64,000 nucleotides of DNA from Adineta vaga. Lineage: Eukaryota > Animalia > Rotifera. The position numbers were made by a program, and so were the translations under genes. Every line of letters starts with the position of its first letter. The first letter of the stretch is position 1. The stretch covers positions 6,758,001 to 6,822,000 of the forward strand of contig CP075493.1 in assembly GCA_021613535.1 (NCBI GenBank), given 5' to 3'. Shown here piece by piece: positions 41,651 through 55,143 of this stretch. The notes beneath the pieces are model-generated. The model ran no database searches. It was not told the origin of the DNA and saw nothing but the letters and a program-made list of their open reading frames with translations.

Positions 41651-42174
41651 ACGATGGCAACACCCATCTTTATATTCATTCAATTTCAATTACACCCAAT
41701 AGAAACCATCTCACCATACTCGTCTTATAGAAAGCCGAAGAAAGCATTGAAGATAAATAATAACCTTACTATAAACAGATAGGTATCTCGATCAAAAAAG
41801 CATAAAGAGAACTTTCGTTTCACACTCTCAACAACGTCATTTACCTTTCCATGTCACATGTGTTTTAGTAAAGAATGAAAAAAAATAGTTTATCAAGACC
41901 AATTTTTAGACAATTCTTTACTTTTCACTGCATGACCAATATTTCCAAAATGAAGTCTTTTTCTTTGATTTATATATTTTGTTTCGTTATCTTTCACATG
42001 TTATTTTTTTATAATAAAAATTCGAAGAATGTAAAATAAACTCATACAATGAGATTCGAAATAAAAATTTCTAAATTAGTTTCTTTTTAAATAATATGTG
42101 CAGTACAATTCGAATGAGAGACGAAGAAGAAAAATACAGCGAGAAAAGAAAAGAAAAATACACACATTGTAGAA

Positions 42175-44304
42175 TTAAAAACGTGTTTGACAAGTTTCTG
42201 GTTCACCATAATTACAATTTGTTTCATTAATACCTGTTTCAGAATCTGTACTATCCCAATCAGATACACCATTTGGATAGAGAGGAAATGTCCGTATTTG
42301 ATAAGATAATGGTCGAGGACTACGACGTTTTGGTTCACGAAAATTGGCACTATCATGAGGTACTGTTAAATTATCTTTAGTTTCATTTAAATGATTATTT
42401 TGTTCGGTATCATTTTTATCGATTAATACTTCCGATGGACCAATTATAATTGAAGATTGATCACTGGATTCAATTAATTTTAAGTTTGTAGTAGGTTTAT
42501 TTTCCGTTAATAGAGAAGATTGATCGGATTGTGAAAGAGTAGAAGGAGGAGTGAGATTATAATCGAATAGCACAGATACCTATAAGATTGATTCAATATT
42601 ATGAGTATTAAGTATTCCAAGAATCGAAGATTATAACGAGATTTCTACAGTTATTCTCATTCTTCTTTTCTAGATCCAACGACCGGAAAAATTAATAACG
42701 AGGAATAAGAGCTTTCCTACTATTTATACGCTCTATTTTCCAGAGTAATTGACCTATGTTTGACTTTAACTTACTCATTCGTTACTAGATAAATAAAAGT
42801 CACTCGTCAAATGCATTTTCTTTCTTAAAATAATATTAACATCGAAACTTACTGTAAAGGATGACGGCACCAATCGATGTAATTTATCTTTATGTAATCC
42901 ATCAATATCTTTTTTAATCAAAGTATATAAATGTTTATGTCCATATTCTGGTATTAGACATGCACTCAGTACACCCAAATTACTTTCTGAATGTTCTCCT
43001 GTATAAATACTAAGAATATTTTGCATTTGAAGATCCACAAGAAAAAATGTATTGAACCAAAAATGACATAGCTTTTCCTTGAAATACAATAAAACAAGAA
43101 TGAATGATTCGTTTTTCTTTAACACGAAATAACTTACTGATTTTCCTCGTTTCGTTTTGATTAGAAATATTTCAATTAAAATATCTTCTTCTAATGGAAT
43201 ACGACATTGTTGATGTGCAGGAGGCATAAAATGTTTATGTTCTGCATTTAATACAGAATAAATTTCTAAACACTTTCGAGTAGTAGTTGTTGCATCATAT
43301 TCCAAAGAAATTTCGAAAGATTTATATTGTCGACGATGATTAAAATAACTAACTGTATAATAAAGATCTAAGAGAAATCAACCGAATAAGATATAGATTT
43401 TCGAGAAGTAAAATACATCTATTTACTGCAATTTCGAATTTGATTTTGATTATAAGTTATCAATAAACCGGTAAAAACAATTTGCTTTGGTGAATATAAA
43501 ACTTGACTATTCATTAAATGTCCAAAATATTCGACATAACGACGTTGACTGGGAATAGTTACGCCTTTTTCATTGGACGTTCTTTGTTGAGCATAGAATT
43601 GTAATGTTTGTAATGGATCATTATATTCATCACGATAATAGTATAGTAAAAAACAACAAGACATAACACCCGTTCGTCCCTAAATGAAATAATAAGAAGA
43701 ATAAAATCGATTATTGTTAGAAGAAACTGACTTTTCCAGCTTTACAATGGATAACGAGTGTACGATCAGTCATTGATTTCAATTGTGTTTCAGCATGTTG
43801 ACAAAAAGCTAAAATCATTTTGATTGTCGGAGGATTATGATCTTCAAAACTAAATTCTGTGGAGACATTATTATTGAACCTTGAACTATCATAATGTCGT
43901 TCATTTTCTACACATCTATTTCAAAAAGAAAATCGATCAACTTATTTGATAAAGAAAATAGTCTTACAAATTATATACATAAAATTTATCTCCATGTTTC
44001 GACGATAAAAATCTAATAAACAAAGAAAATGATTCAATATAAAACGAAATATATAATAATATTTCTTACCGACTAACATCACCGATTGTATTTCTATAAA
44101 CACCTTCATAATTATCAGCTGGATATCCCATGGCAATTACATTCGGTCGAATATCTAATAAAAAAATAAGAATTAATAACGAATAGTTTGTTTACTTCTA
44201 CTGAAATATTCAATGTAAATATATTTACATGATAAATCCAAATCAAATCCATCTTGTTGATACCTTCGCTTTTTTTTACTAACAATTTTTCGCATGCGAT
44301 TCAT
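42175..44304 (-). CDS. PTEN: PTEN lipid phosphatase (multi-exon)
   Basis: [19 protein letters not shown]; IAMGYPA; FEDHNPP; IHCKAGK|GRTG catalytic loop; [13 protein letters not shown]; CHFWFNTFF. Confidence 0.95.
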
Positions 44305-44831
44305 CTAAATAAAACATATATTACAGATCTATTCTTTATCTATCGATTAATATTGCCTTTCTACAGGAAAAATAAGCCACACACTGACATGGAGATCTTG
44401 TTCTTGTCAATGTCACGACGTTCTTTCGTTGCTGTTTTTTATCATCATAAAAAAGACAGAAAAGAGAAGAAAAGAAAAGTTGATGTAACAAAAAATCAGC
44501 GAGTAGAATAATGTGACCCACATAGTACCATTCGATATATTTCTTCGAAATGATCAGACTAAAAAGAATGATTTTTTCCTAACAACTAGTTTTTAATTAT
44601 TATATGACTCATTTATTTGACGATAAATTTATATATGTATATATATAGATATACAAGAAATGACCTCTAGGAAATTTTGAAACTCATTTCTGATTGGTCA
44701 AAAAAATCATCAATAGAAAATCAAACACCTGTGTATGTATATAATGCGTAATGTTTATTCTTTCTTGATTTGCAATTTCTAGAAAATTAAAACGAAAAAC
44801 ATCTATTCATATAGAAATCTCTCATTCTCAC

Positions 44832-46614
44832 ATGGCTACTAATAATGATACGATTAAATTAATTATACGTGCAGCAAGCAATCAATATGCTGATATCAAT
44901 CTTGAACTTTCACCATTATTAACTGTTCATGATCTTAAACAGAAAATTATGTTGAATCATCCAACTAAACCCGTATGAATTAAAGAGACATATTCGATTG
45001 ATTTATTCAATAATTAATCTTTACATTTTCAGATACCTAAAGATCAACGATTGATCTTTTCTGGTAAACTTCTTGATGATAACAGTTTACTCAATCAAGT
45101 TCTTGTCAAAGTAAATGATAATTTTATATTATTTATTGAATAGATGTTAAAGATACTTCTACATAAAGTAGGAAAATTTCAATTGTTTTTTCTATTGATA
45201 ATTATTCTTAGATATCTTGAAATTGATAGTTTGATAATTATTTTCAAAGATCTCAAATGTCTTCATGATGCTTTTTTTCAGTTTGAGATATTTTTATCGA
45301 TTCCTTTTACTTTCTCTAGGCAACAACAGGCTCGACATTCATGATTCATCTTGTACTTGATTCAGACAAAACTGCAACAGTAAATTAACTCATAATTATG
45401 TTATCGTCTAACAGATGTTGGCTCCATTTTAGACACCAAAAATTCCTCAATCATCACGTCCTGTTCCTCAACAACCCAAACCATCAGAAAAACCAATTCC
45501 TTCTACACATTCATCTTCATACGAACAGTATTTACAAGAATTAACTAAATATCAGCAACAACTTTATCAGTATGTTTTATTTTTTCAATCTATTCATTAG
45601 ACACAGAATTCTCTTTTTAGATTCGTGGCTAATCCAACTGGAAATACACCAACACCAAATTATGAAACACAAGCTTATTTACAATATTGTTATACACATT
45701 ATCAAATGTAGTAAGTACAAAAAAAACAAATATAGCATCTTCAAATATACATTTCTTTTTTATTAAGTCAAAATTTACTTGCCTATCAAAAAACAGCTGT
45801 ACCACCTTCAGTAACAATTATAGATCAACAATCAACAAATGCTGGAGCTAGTGCTGCTACTACTACTAATGTACCACCACCTCCAGCCGCCGCCGCCGCT
45901 GCTGCTGCTGCAGCACAACCGGCTGCAGGAAATAATAATGAAATGGAACCGGAAAATGATCTCTTAGGTGTATTAAATATGTTAGTGGAATTATTCGTAC
46001 TCTGTTCGATTGTATATTTCTATTCGACATTCAGTCGTTTTATTCTTGTTTTCATTTTTTTCACTCTTCTCTATTTGTAAGTTTTATCTGAAGTAGTATC
46101 TCATTAAAAATAATGTATGTATCTTTTCTTTTCAATAGACATTGTCGTGGATATTTATCCATTCAAAGACGTCGACGTGTTCAAGTACCACCTGCACCTG
46201 CTGCTCCAGAGCAAGCCGCTGAAAATGATGAAGAAGATGAAAATGAAGCTGAACCAGCAGCAAATGATGCGCAAAATCAGAATGACATTCAACGTCAACG
46301 AGTATGTCAAACTATTCTTTGTAGACATTCGATTAAACAAAGCTTGCCAGGAGACACTAAAAATAAACTATTCATATTCTAACAATCAGAGTTTAGAAGT
46401 TTTTCTTCACTGCATACGTTATTCAATGTTTCATCCAATAGAGAAATATATTGTCTGTGTTTCGATAATATTGATATATAATTACTGTTTTTAGCCTCCA
46501 ACACCACCTCGTGCTCCTGTAATTGATAACCAAGTAACAACAACACGTCTACTATTTACGGCAGTATCTAGTTTTTTCTTCTCGTTAATTCCTGAACGAC
46601 CTCAACGTGCTTGA
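44832..46614 (+). CDS. HERPUD: HERP (HERPUD1/2) ER ubiquitin-like membrane protein
   Basis: N-terminal UBL (IKLIIRAASNQYAD...TVHDLKQKI...DQRLIFSGKLLDD), YFYSTFSRF TM motif, C-terminal FFFSLIPERP. Confidence 0.85.
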
Positions 46615-46801
46615 ATATTATTCTTCTGATCTTCTATCAAATTATTTTTTCGTTTATGAGACTATATATATGTATACATTTATTTCTGTTTCGAATTACA
46701 AAATTAAGATATTACAGAAAATCTGTTTTTTTCTTTCATTTGAAATAATTTCTTTCTAGATTATTTTTTTTAATTGAATTTTGTTCTGTTGATCATACTT
46801 C

Positions 46802-48381
46802 ATGCAGTCGATAAACAGCTTTTTTAGCAATGCTCAACAACAGATAAGTATGAAATTTTGCAAGATTTTCTATGATAAATATTGATATGATTTTTTCCTA
46901 GCTTCATTGTATGGTTTTCAAGATGCTCTACTTTTTCAACCAAATGAACCAGATACAGCACGAACAATTGTTCAAACACCTGATGTTTTTCATATGCCCT
47001 ATGAAACAGTCACAATTGATACATCTGACAATGAAAAATTGCATGGATTTTTAATTAAACAAACTAATCGAACAAATGAACGTGAAACATTAGTATTCTT
47101 TCATGGAAATGCTGGCAATATAGGACATCGGTATGATTTTTAAATGAACATCTCGAGGATACATAGAGAAATTTGTGGAATACCGAACTGCTTCTAGACT
47201 AAATATAATCATTTCAATTATCTCGAGTCATGACGACAAGAATTCATAAGACGTGCACAAGAGTTTCTCGGAGTGTTTTCCGGATTATTAAATCTCTCTT
47301 TTTATTTAGTTTACAAAATGCTCATCTTTTATATCGAGCATGTAATATCAATCTTCTTCTCTTTGACTATCGTGGATATGGTAAATCTACTGGTACACCA
47401 TCAGAATCTGGTCTATATATAGATGCATTAGCAGTACATGATTATGTTCGTAAACGAAATGATCTAAATCAAGACAAGATCTTTTTATTTGGACGTTCAC
47501 TCGGTGGTGCTGTTGCATTACATCTCGGTAGAAAAACAAAACAAATGATTTCATTGATATTATTCTATATATTATTATTTTTAGCTTCTCATCTAGCGCA
47601 AATCAATGCAACACCACCATTATATTGTGTAATTGTTGAAAATACTTTTACGTCAATTCCTGATATGGCTAAACGACTTTTTCAAGTAGCTGTACTTGAT
47701 TATGTACCAAATTGGTGCTATAAAAACTTGGTATAGAAATAGATATTTCTTGAAGTATCTTATATTCATATTTGATTGCTTGTTTTTCGATTAGTTTCCA
47801 ACACTTTCAAAAATTCGTCATATCAAAGTACCAGTGCTTTTTCTCTCAGGTGGACAAGATGAGTTAGTCCCACCACAAATGATGGAAAAATTACATGAGG
47901 TTTGTTCTGATAAATATTCTCGAAAGAATTCGAAACCAAAACAAATCTACGGGATCATTGGATATCATTGATACTAAACGTTGACGTAGTTATTAACATT
48001 CTATTCCGTAGATTATCTTCAGGAAGGAAACGCATTATTTAATTCATATTCTACTAAGATAATTGACCTTTATTTCAAATGGTATATTTGATCTAATAAG
48101 AGATAATTTCCGTTCGGATATCGAGCTTGACGGTCTTCAGTAAGATTTCTATTATATAGCTTCTCGATATTCATTTTTAGGAATGTAAAAGTTCTAAAAA
48201 ACATTTGGCTATATTTCCCGATGGTCAACACAACACAACTTGGCTATCACATGATTATACAACTCAAATACGTAATTTTCTTGCTGAAGTAAGTGATGAA
48301 ATCTCATAAAAATGTCGAATGATTTATGTATGTAAATAGTGTGCAACATCACATGAATCCACAGCATCAAATGCTAATTAA
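46802..48381 (+). CDS. ABHD13: Alpha/beta hydrolase ABHD13 (multi-exon)
   Basis: FQDALLFQP; [12 protein letters not shown]; [16 protein letters not shown]; [10 protein letters not shown]; [12 protein letters not shown]; [11 protein letters not shown]; [10 protein letters not shown]. Confidence 0.9.
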
Positions 48382-49324
48382 AAATAACATAATTTTTTTA
48401 CTTTTTCTCTCTCTTCACACACACATATACATATATATACACATAAATAATCGATGTACAGCCCTGTAGGTATCTTTCAGTGTTGTCTGATTCAGTTTTC
48501 ATTATTATCAACTTTTTTTTGTTGTCTTTATGTTTGTACAATTATACTTATATTTATTCCAAAGCAAGTTTTTCTCTTCTGTTCGAAGATGACAATGATA
48601 TCTACAAATAAATATATCAAATGAATGTATATGTATATTTTATGGAAATAATGATCAGAACTCACTATATAAACTTTGTCTAAATAAGCTGTCAAATTTA
48701 TTTGCCTATCAATTCATCACTATACATACGAGAGTTGTCAGTTAACATCTATTGTAACACATGAAAAAGAGAGACAAATGATGGATGAATATAGTTATCA
48801 GTGATGAAAAAAAATACATGTCAATCTACTTTGTTTTTCCATGATCAAAAATAGATTCATATCAGGTGTCAGTATGTTCTAGATAATCTCATCTTATTTG
48901 GATGTTTTGAATATATAAATCAAAACCAATGCTTCTGAAAATCTTATCATGATAAAGAAAACATATCTTTCTTTGCTACATATTCAAGAGAATTTTGTTG
49001 ATTACTTTTTTTTTCTTCATATGACAATAATAAAAGTTTGCAATGAAGTAGAATAACAGACTTGCTTTTTATTCGTCATTGTCGTTGTCGTTTCTCTTTC
49101 TCCGTTCTTTTTTTGCTTCATATACTTCGCTCTAATGGATTTGTCGTCTATGTCATTATGATTATTTCTATTAATGTTGAGTGTTAAGTAGTGTTCATTG
49201 AAATAGCGACGACATATAGTTCAAACAATCAATCCTTTGTACAACATTTTCAAATCTGTATGTTTATATTAACACGATCTGATTCTTATCAAATATCTTT
49301 CATTTATTATTAATTTACATAATC

Positions 49325-52300
49325 ATGTATAACAGACAAAGTTATTTTCTATTATATTTTTTCATACTTCTCATTTTTCCAATTATCTTTACATCTTCTG
49401 TTGTACTCTATCCATCTTTCGAACGTATTGTTGATCAATTAGTATTAAATTCAACATTACCAATATGTACATTATCAACATGTAAAAAAACGTCTCTACA
49501 AGCAAATTTTTCAGCTGTAAATGTTACACACGAAGATTTATTGAAACTATCATTGTATGAAAGAAATTCTCAGAAAAAAAAATCTTCTTCGGAACCATAT
49601 CTTATTGCTTCAACAGGTATCTATCGTGGTAGACGAATAAAATATCGTCAGAATCGTTATATTGATCAATTTCTTGGAGTTTATTATGCTGAATTGCCTC
49701 AATCACTTGAAAAACCTGTTCGAAAACGTTTTAATTATTCATTACAAAATGCGACGAAATTCTCTCCCTATTGTATGCAATCACTACTTATGACGGAAAA
49801 TCTGTCATATGGTTCATTTATAATGCAACATGATTTTCATGAGAATTGTCTTTCATTAAATATCTATCGAGCTGATTTACGTCATGGAGAAAAACAGAAA
49901 GCGATTATGTTATTTTCTCATGGTGGATCGAATCAAATTGGTGGAGGTTCATTATTTGATGGAAGTATTCTAGCTAGTGAAGGTGATATTATTGTGATTA
50001 CAATGAATTTTCGCTTGAATTATCATGGATTTTTATCCAGTGGAGATCAACGAGTTAAAGGTATGAAACTAATAAGCTTATTTGTCAATGAATAATTTGA
50101 TGATGGAGAATGAAAATTATACGAACAGGGTGTTATTTTTTGTCTTTTTGAAAGAAAGTTGAATTAATTTGTACATTCATTCAAGCGTGAAATGTTCTAA
50201 TGTTAGTTCGAAATAGACAGATCATGCCATGTCTTCAAGAAAAAGCTTGAAACTAAGTGTAATCAATAGTTCAAATAATCTCTTCTGAAAAATCTCTCTA
50301 CAAAACTGAGAATACATAGCTAGAATCCAACAGATAATAACCTATACATTTTTCAAAGTCAATAGGAACAATGTTTTGTGTTACGCATGCAATCGCATAG
50401 GGATTACGTCGAGACAATCTTTCAAAAATACTTTTATAGACTGAAACATAATGATCGTCAAATGTATTAATATGATTTGTTTTTCGTCAGGTAATTTTGG
50501 TCTTTGGGATCAATTATTAGCTGTCGAATGGATTTATGCAAATGCTCATCTATTTGGCGGTGATCCTAAACGAATTACTCTAGCTGGACATTCAGCTGGC
50601 GCTGGAAATGCTATGTTAATTCCAGGTAAATTGCATGACCTTTTCGAGTTTGATTCCAATGGAGGTTTTTTTTCACAGCTAGTCACCACTGTCGTGGTAT
50701 GATTAAACGAATTATATCTCAATCTGGTACTGGTTTAGCCCCGTGGAGTGTTAATCGTCGACCAATGAAATTAATTGAACGTTTATCTCGAGAATTTAAT
50801 TGTCAATATCCAGATGAAAATGAAATGTTTGCATGTATAAATAGATTATTACAAGATAAAAATGGTGATTTCTATCGTTTACATTTAAGTCTTAGTATTG
50901 GTAAAGAATATAGTTTTTTTTTTCTTGATACAATTCGTTTTGTTTCTCTTCTCTATAGCTGATGATAATCCGTATCCTGTCATAGATAACGATTTTCTAA
51001 ATAATTCTATTGAAAATATTATTCAAAGTGATATATATCAAAATATTGATTTTCTAACAGGTGTAACTCTGAATGAAGGTCTCTATTTTGCTGAATATCA
51101 CATAGGACATTTCTATGGTGATCTCAATGTTCAATCAGCATCGATTGGTAAACGTCCTACGAGCAAACAAAAACGTTCAATTCAACGACATCCAACAACT
51201 ATCATTCCACCTGATATAATTATTACAAGAGATAAACAAAACGAAAACAAAGATGATCATGATACTGATGAAGAAGAATATCATGATGATGGAACAAGTT
51301 TTGATGATCGAACACATGTTGAACAAATTTTAAATTACGATCCAAACACAGTTCTTGATCAATTCTCTCGTATTGATTATGTTGAACGTTATATAACCGC
51401 AAATTTTCAACAAAGTTCTTGTTTTCTCGAGGAAATTCGAAAACTATATGAACATCCAGGTAACACCGAATAGATCATATTTCTTTCTAAGGAATAAATT
51501 CTCTTCTTTCAGGAAAAGATAATATAACTATACGATTAAATCTTTATATCGATCTGGTTTCGGATCTAATGTTTAACTATCATATGGTTCATTGTTTGAA
51601 TTTACGTTCCCAAATTGTCAATAAAACAACATCAAATTATGCATATATTTACTCTCATCCACCAACATTTAAATCACGAAGTTTATTTCGAGATCATTTA
51701 AAATTATTACCACAAATGATTGGACATTTTGCTGAATTAGGTTAACAATTTGCTTTATAAAAATAAACGAAATAACTTCTTGTTTAGATTATGTTTTCGG
51801 TATACCATTAGCACGTGGTTATCGTCGAATTCATCGAAATGTGAATATGACTTATTATAATTATTCAAATGATGAAGAAAATTTTAGTCGACAACTAATA
51901 CGTTATTGGTCAAATTTTATTAAAACTGGGTTAGTTCAATTTGATGAAAATGTTTGTTTTTTCGTCTAATAGTTTTGTTTCTCTTCAATTAGAAATCCAA
52001 ATAAAGATTCATCATTGATCATACTCGATTCTCAATCGGAATGGAAACCTTATACAGCTTATGAACATAATTATATGTTCTTTCAATTGAATAATATTCG
52101 TAATGAACGTAATTATTATGATTCAATGTATTCATTTTGGTCTCAATGTTTTCAAATGGAATTTCATGGTCAATGTAATCAAAAATATCTTCTCACTAAA
52201 ATGAAGAAACATGTTGTACCATTTATTATTTTACTCTCTGGTTTCTTATTGATTATAATTGTTTATTTTATATGTAGACATTATCAAAAGAAAGAGAGAT

Positions 52301-52350
52301 ATCGAACATCGACGGATATGCAACAATATCCAAATTTTCTTCCTACTTAG
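49325..52350 (+). CDS. Type-B carboxylesterase/cholinesterase-fold, single-pass membrane protein (neuroligin-like architecture)
   Basis: Signal peptide; ENCLSLNIY; HGGS; NFRLNYHGFLS; GNFGLWDQ; GHSAG; SQSG; NEG; GHFAEL|DYVFG; YWSNFIKTG; C-terminal TM. Confidence 0.85.
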
Positions 52351-52495
52351 ATATATCGAAATTTTATGTTCTTTTATTATCATAAAATATTATTTCTAGA
52401 AATAAATTAATTGCTCATTCTGTAAAATGAATGTTTAATGATTTGTAATCTTGAATAGAATGTATGATTTACTCAGATTGTTACTTGTTTTGTAT

Positions 52496-53395
52496 TTATT
52501 CATAAACAATATTGGGTGATGAATGGTAAACAACAGTTTTTTGATCATTTCGTCGACGATAGATTGGTTTATCATCATACATGTATTGAATTTCATTACC
52601 ATGATCATCGACATAAATGATTTCTTCTTCATAATTCAATGGTCGATTATTGTGAATATAAGTACGTTTCGAACGATGATAACCTGGAATATTAGTTGAT
52701 GGCATTTCATCAACATAAATATATTCCGTTGTTGGTGATGTCTTTTGAATCATAGTTGATCGACGTGTTGGATGTTCATAAACAATATGTTTCGGTTTTG
52801 ATTCAATGTAATAGGAATGATCAGTTTCTCGAGATGATGAATCACGAATAACTTCAACAATTCGTTTTTCCTTAATAGAAAGGAAAAGTTTAAATAAATG
52901 ATAGGATGATTTGTTGTTATTGTTGTTGAATAAAATGATATCACTTACCTTACGATGATCATTGTATGCATATGAAGGTGATTGTTTTTGTCGATGTATG
53001 AGATGTTCATCACCTTCCGAAGTATTATGTTGTTTAGCAAAACGTACGAGATTTCGTTGTTGATTAGTAGAATGAGGCTGTTTTAATGCAGATCGAATAT
53101 CACTATTTTTTTGTTTTATTTCAATCGATGATGAAGTATTTTTAACAATCGGTTGTTTTCTTGTTTGTCGTTGAGAATTGTTCTGCTCAGGATCGATGTA
53201 AGGAGCTTTTGGATTGATTTGATAATGTTTAGTCGGTAATGTAAATGTATCAGAACGCGACGGTTTTTTACTTACAGCTGTCGGCCGTTGCGGGAAAACT
53301 TTATCAGTTGGTACAAAATTCGACGTTGAAGATGAACCATTTTGATATTTGTTTCGTTGATTGGTTCGAAACTGTTGATGATAACTTTGTGACAT
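52496..53395 (-). CDS. Unknown low-complexity protein with [YI]-I-Y-V-D-[ED] motifs (5' end uncertain; one probable intron about 52872-52948)
   Basis: Long open frame with codon-like composition; motifs EYIYVDE and EIIYVDDHGNEIQYMYDD; no family recognised. Confidence 0.5.
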   Translation of the reverse strand: MSQSYHQQFRTNQRNKYQNGSSSTSNFVPTDKVFPQRPTAVSKKPSRSDTFTLPTKHYQINPKAPYIDPEQNNSQRQTRKQPIVKNTSSSIEIKQKNSDIRSALKQPHSTNQQRNLVRFAKQHNTSEGDEHLIHRQKQSPSYAYNDHRKVSDIILFNNNNNKSSYHLFKLFLSIKEKRIVEVIRDSSSRETDHSYYIESKPKHIVYEHPTRRSTMIQKTSPTTEYIYVDEMPSTNIPGYHRSKRTYIHNNRPLNYEEEIIYVDDHGNEIQYMYDDKPIYRRRNDQKTVVYHSSPNIVYE

Positions 53396-54165
53396 TGAAA
53401 CGAACCTTTTTTTTTCTTTCAAAATTCTATCTAACTGACGAACTATTGATTAAAATCACTCAATAGTATTTTCTAAGACGGTTGCTATTAGTTGTCTGAT
53501 GTAAACATACATTTATTTTCTACCTCAATGTTATTCTCGTTCATTCTTTCTTTCCTTTTTCAATTATTAAGTTTTTTTTGCTGCTTTGTCAATTCCATAG
53601 AAATCATACTCACAAATATTCATTCAAACAAAATGACATTTACCTTTTCTGAACGAACAATAATTTGAGGATGTACAAGAGGTCGAACGATCGGACTGTT
53701 TGTTCTATGATAACTAAATCCACTTGATATTGGCATCGATATTCGACGATGATCTACAGATGTGTTGGGGACAATTATACAAGATATAGATCACAATAAA
53801 TCCTTCGTATTACTTACAAAGATTTGAAATGAATGTCTGGATGAATGAGAAATTCTATTAAAGATCAGCAAAATATCAAATTGCTAACTCCTTATAACTG
53901 CCGTTTGAAGAATTTTGTTGGCACAATCATGTTGATTTAAAGGTATCATTTACAAAGAAACTGCTGTTATAGTAATCGAATATTTGAAATTAAAAATCGT
54001 GCTCTTTCACATGCTTCTTTCTCATCATCATCATCAAAATTGAATTTTTTGGATTTTACATTTATTTTTTATTAATATAGATGTTTAAACAGGTTTATAT
54101 AAGATTAGGGTAAAATAAAAAGCGAAGAAAAAAAACCGTTTGAAATCAAAGTTTTGAAAAGATTT

Positions 54166-55143
54166 TTATTCATCTTCTTTGCCACGTTTAATCTGTCGCG
54201 TGAATGCAGCATAATCAAGATTACCTTTTGGATCTAATGGAGCACCTTCAAGCATTTGACTAAACTGTAAAAAAGAAACTATGGATGGAAAAGAAAGAAA
54301 TCAAAGCCTTACTTCCATATCGCTCAATCCTTTGAAAAGAAAAGAAAAACATTAATTAATGAATTGTTGAAAAAAAAACACTTACGATCTTCTGGACGTC
54401 CTTCACTTGTGAGAATTTCTCGTAAACTAAAATAATAAATTGAAAATTTAGTTGATTTGTGTTTTCTATTCGAAGAAGTTTTAACATACGCTTTTTGATT
54501 GATCTGTCCCGTTCCATCTCGATCGAAATTTTTCCATGCATTTAATATAACATTTTCTTCATCAGTACCATTCAATCGATCACCAAATAAAGTTAATAAT
54601 AATGTAAAATTAACTGGACCTTGAGCTTCTTCGAGCATACTTTTTAATTCCGATTCTTTGGGTGATTTACCAAGTGATGCATAGACTTCTTTTAAATCAT
54701 CTAAACTAACCGTACCATCACGATCTTGATCCATAAGATTAAATGCCTATGAAGAAAAACATGTGTACTTTGAATGAAGTCTATATCTATGGCATTACTT
54801 CTTTAAATTCTTGAACTTGTTTTTGATCGAACATAGAAAAAACATTACTTGTAGCACGTTGAGCCTTTTTCTTCATTTTTTTCTATGAAAAAAAACAAAC
54901 AAATTAAAATCACAATAACCTTTTCTTCTTTTTCAAAACTTATTATATGTCAGTAAGGTTTTAAGGAAATATCTGACATGCGAGATGAGAATTAATAAAT
55001 TAATAATGAAAGGAAATAGGTGAACTTACGTTTTCTTTCTACATAGATCCTTTCCTTTTGGATTCAAATGATTAGGAGTAAAACAAAAAAGTTAGGCATT
55101 TGTTTGTTTTTCTCTATTAGCTAGTATTACTTACGTCTGCCAT
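54166..55143 (-). CDS. Myosin regulatory light chain (EF-hand), with micro-exons
   Basis: KKKAQRATSNVFSMFDQKQVQEFKE|AFNLMDQDRDG...GPVNFTLLLTLFGDRLNGTD...GNLDYAAFTRQIKRG. Confidence 0.93.

Noticed and set aside
53644-53736. Short ATG-initiated exon-like segment upstream of the unknown minus-strand gene
   Set aside because: I could not splice it in frame to the long ORF using the visible acceptors; left unresolved.
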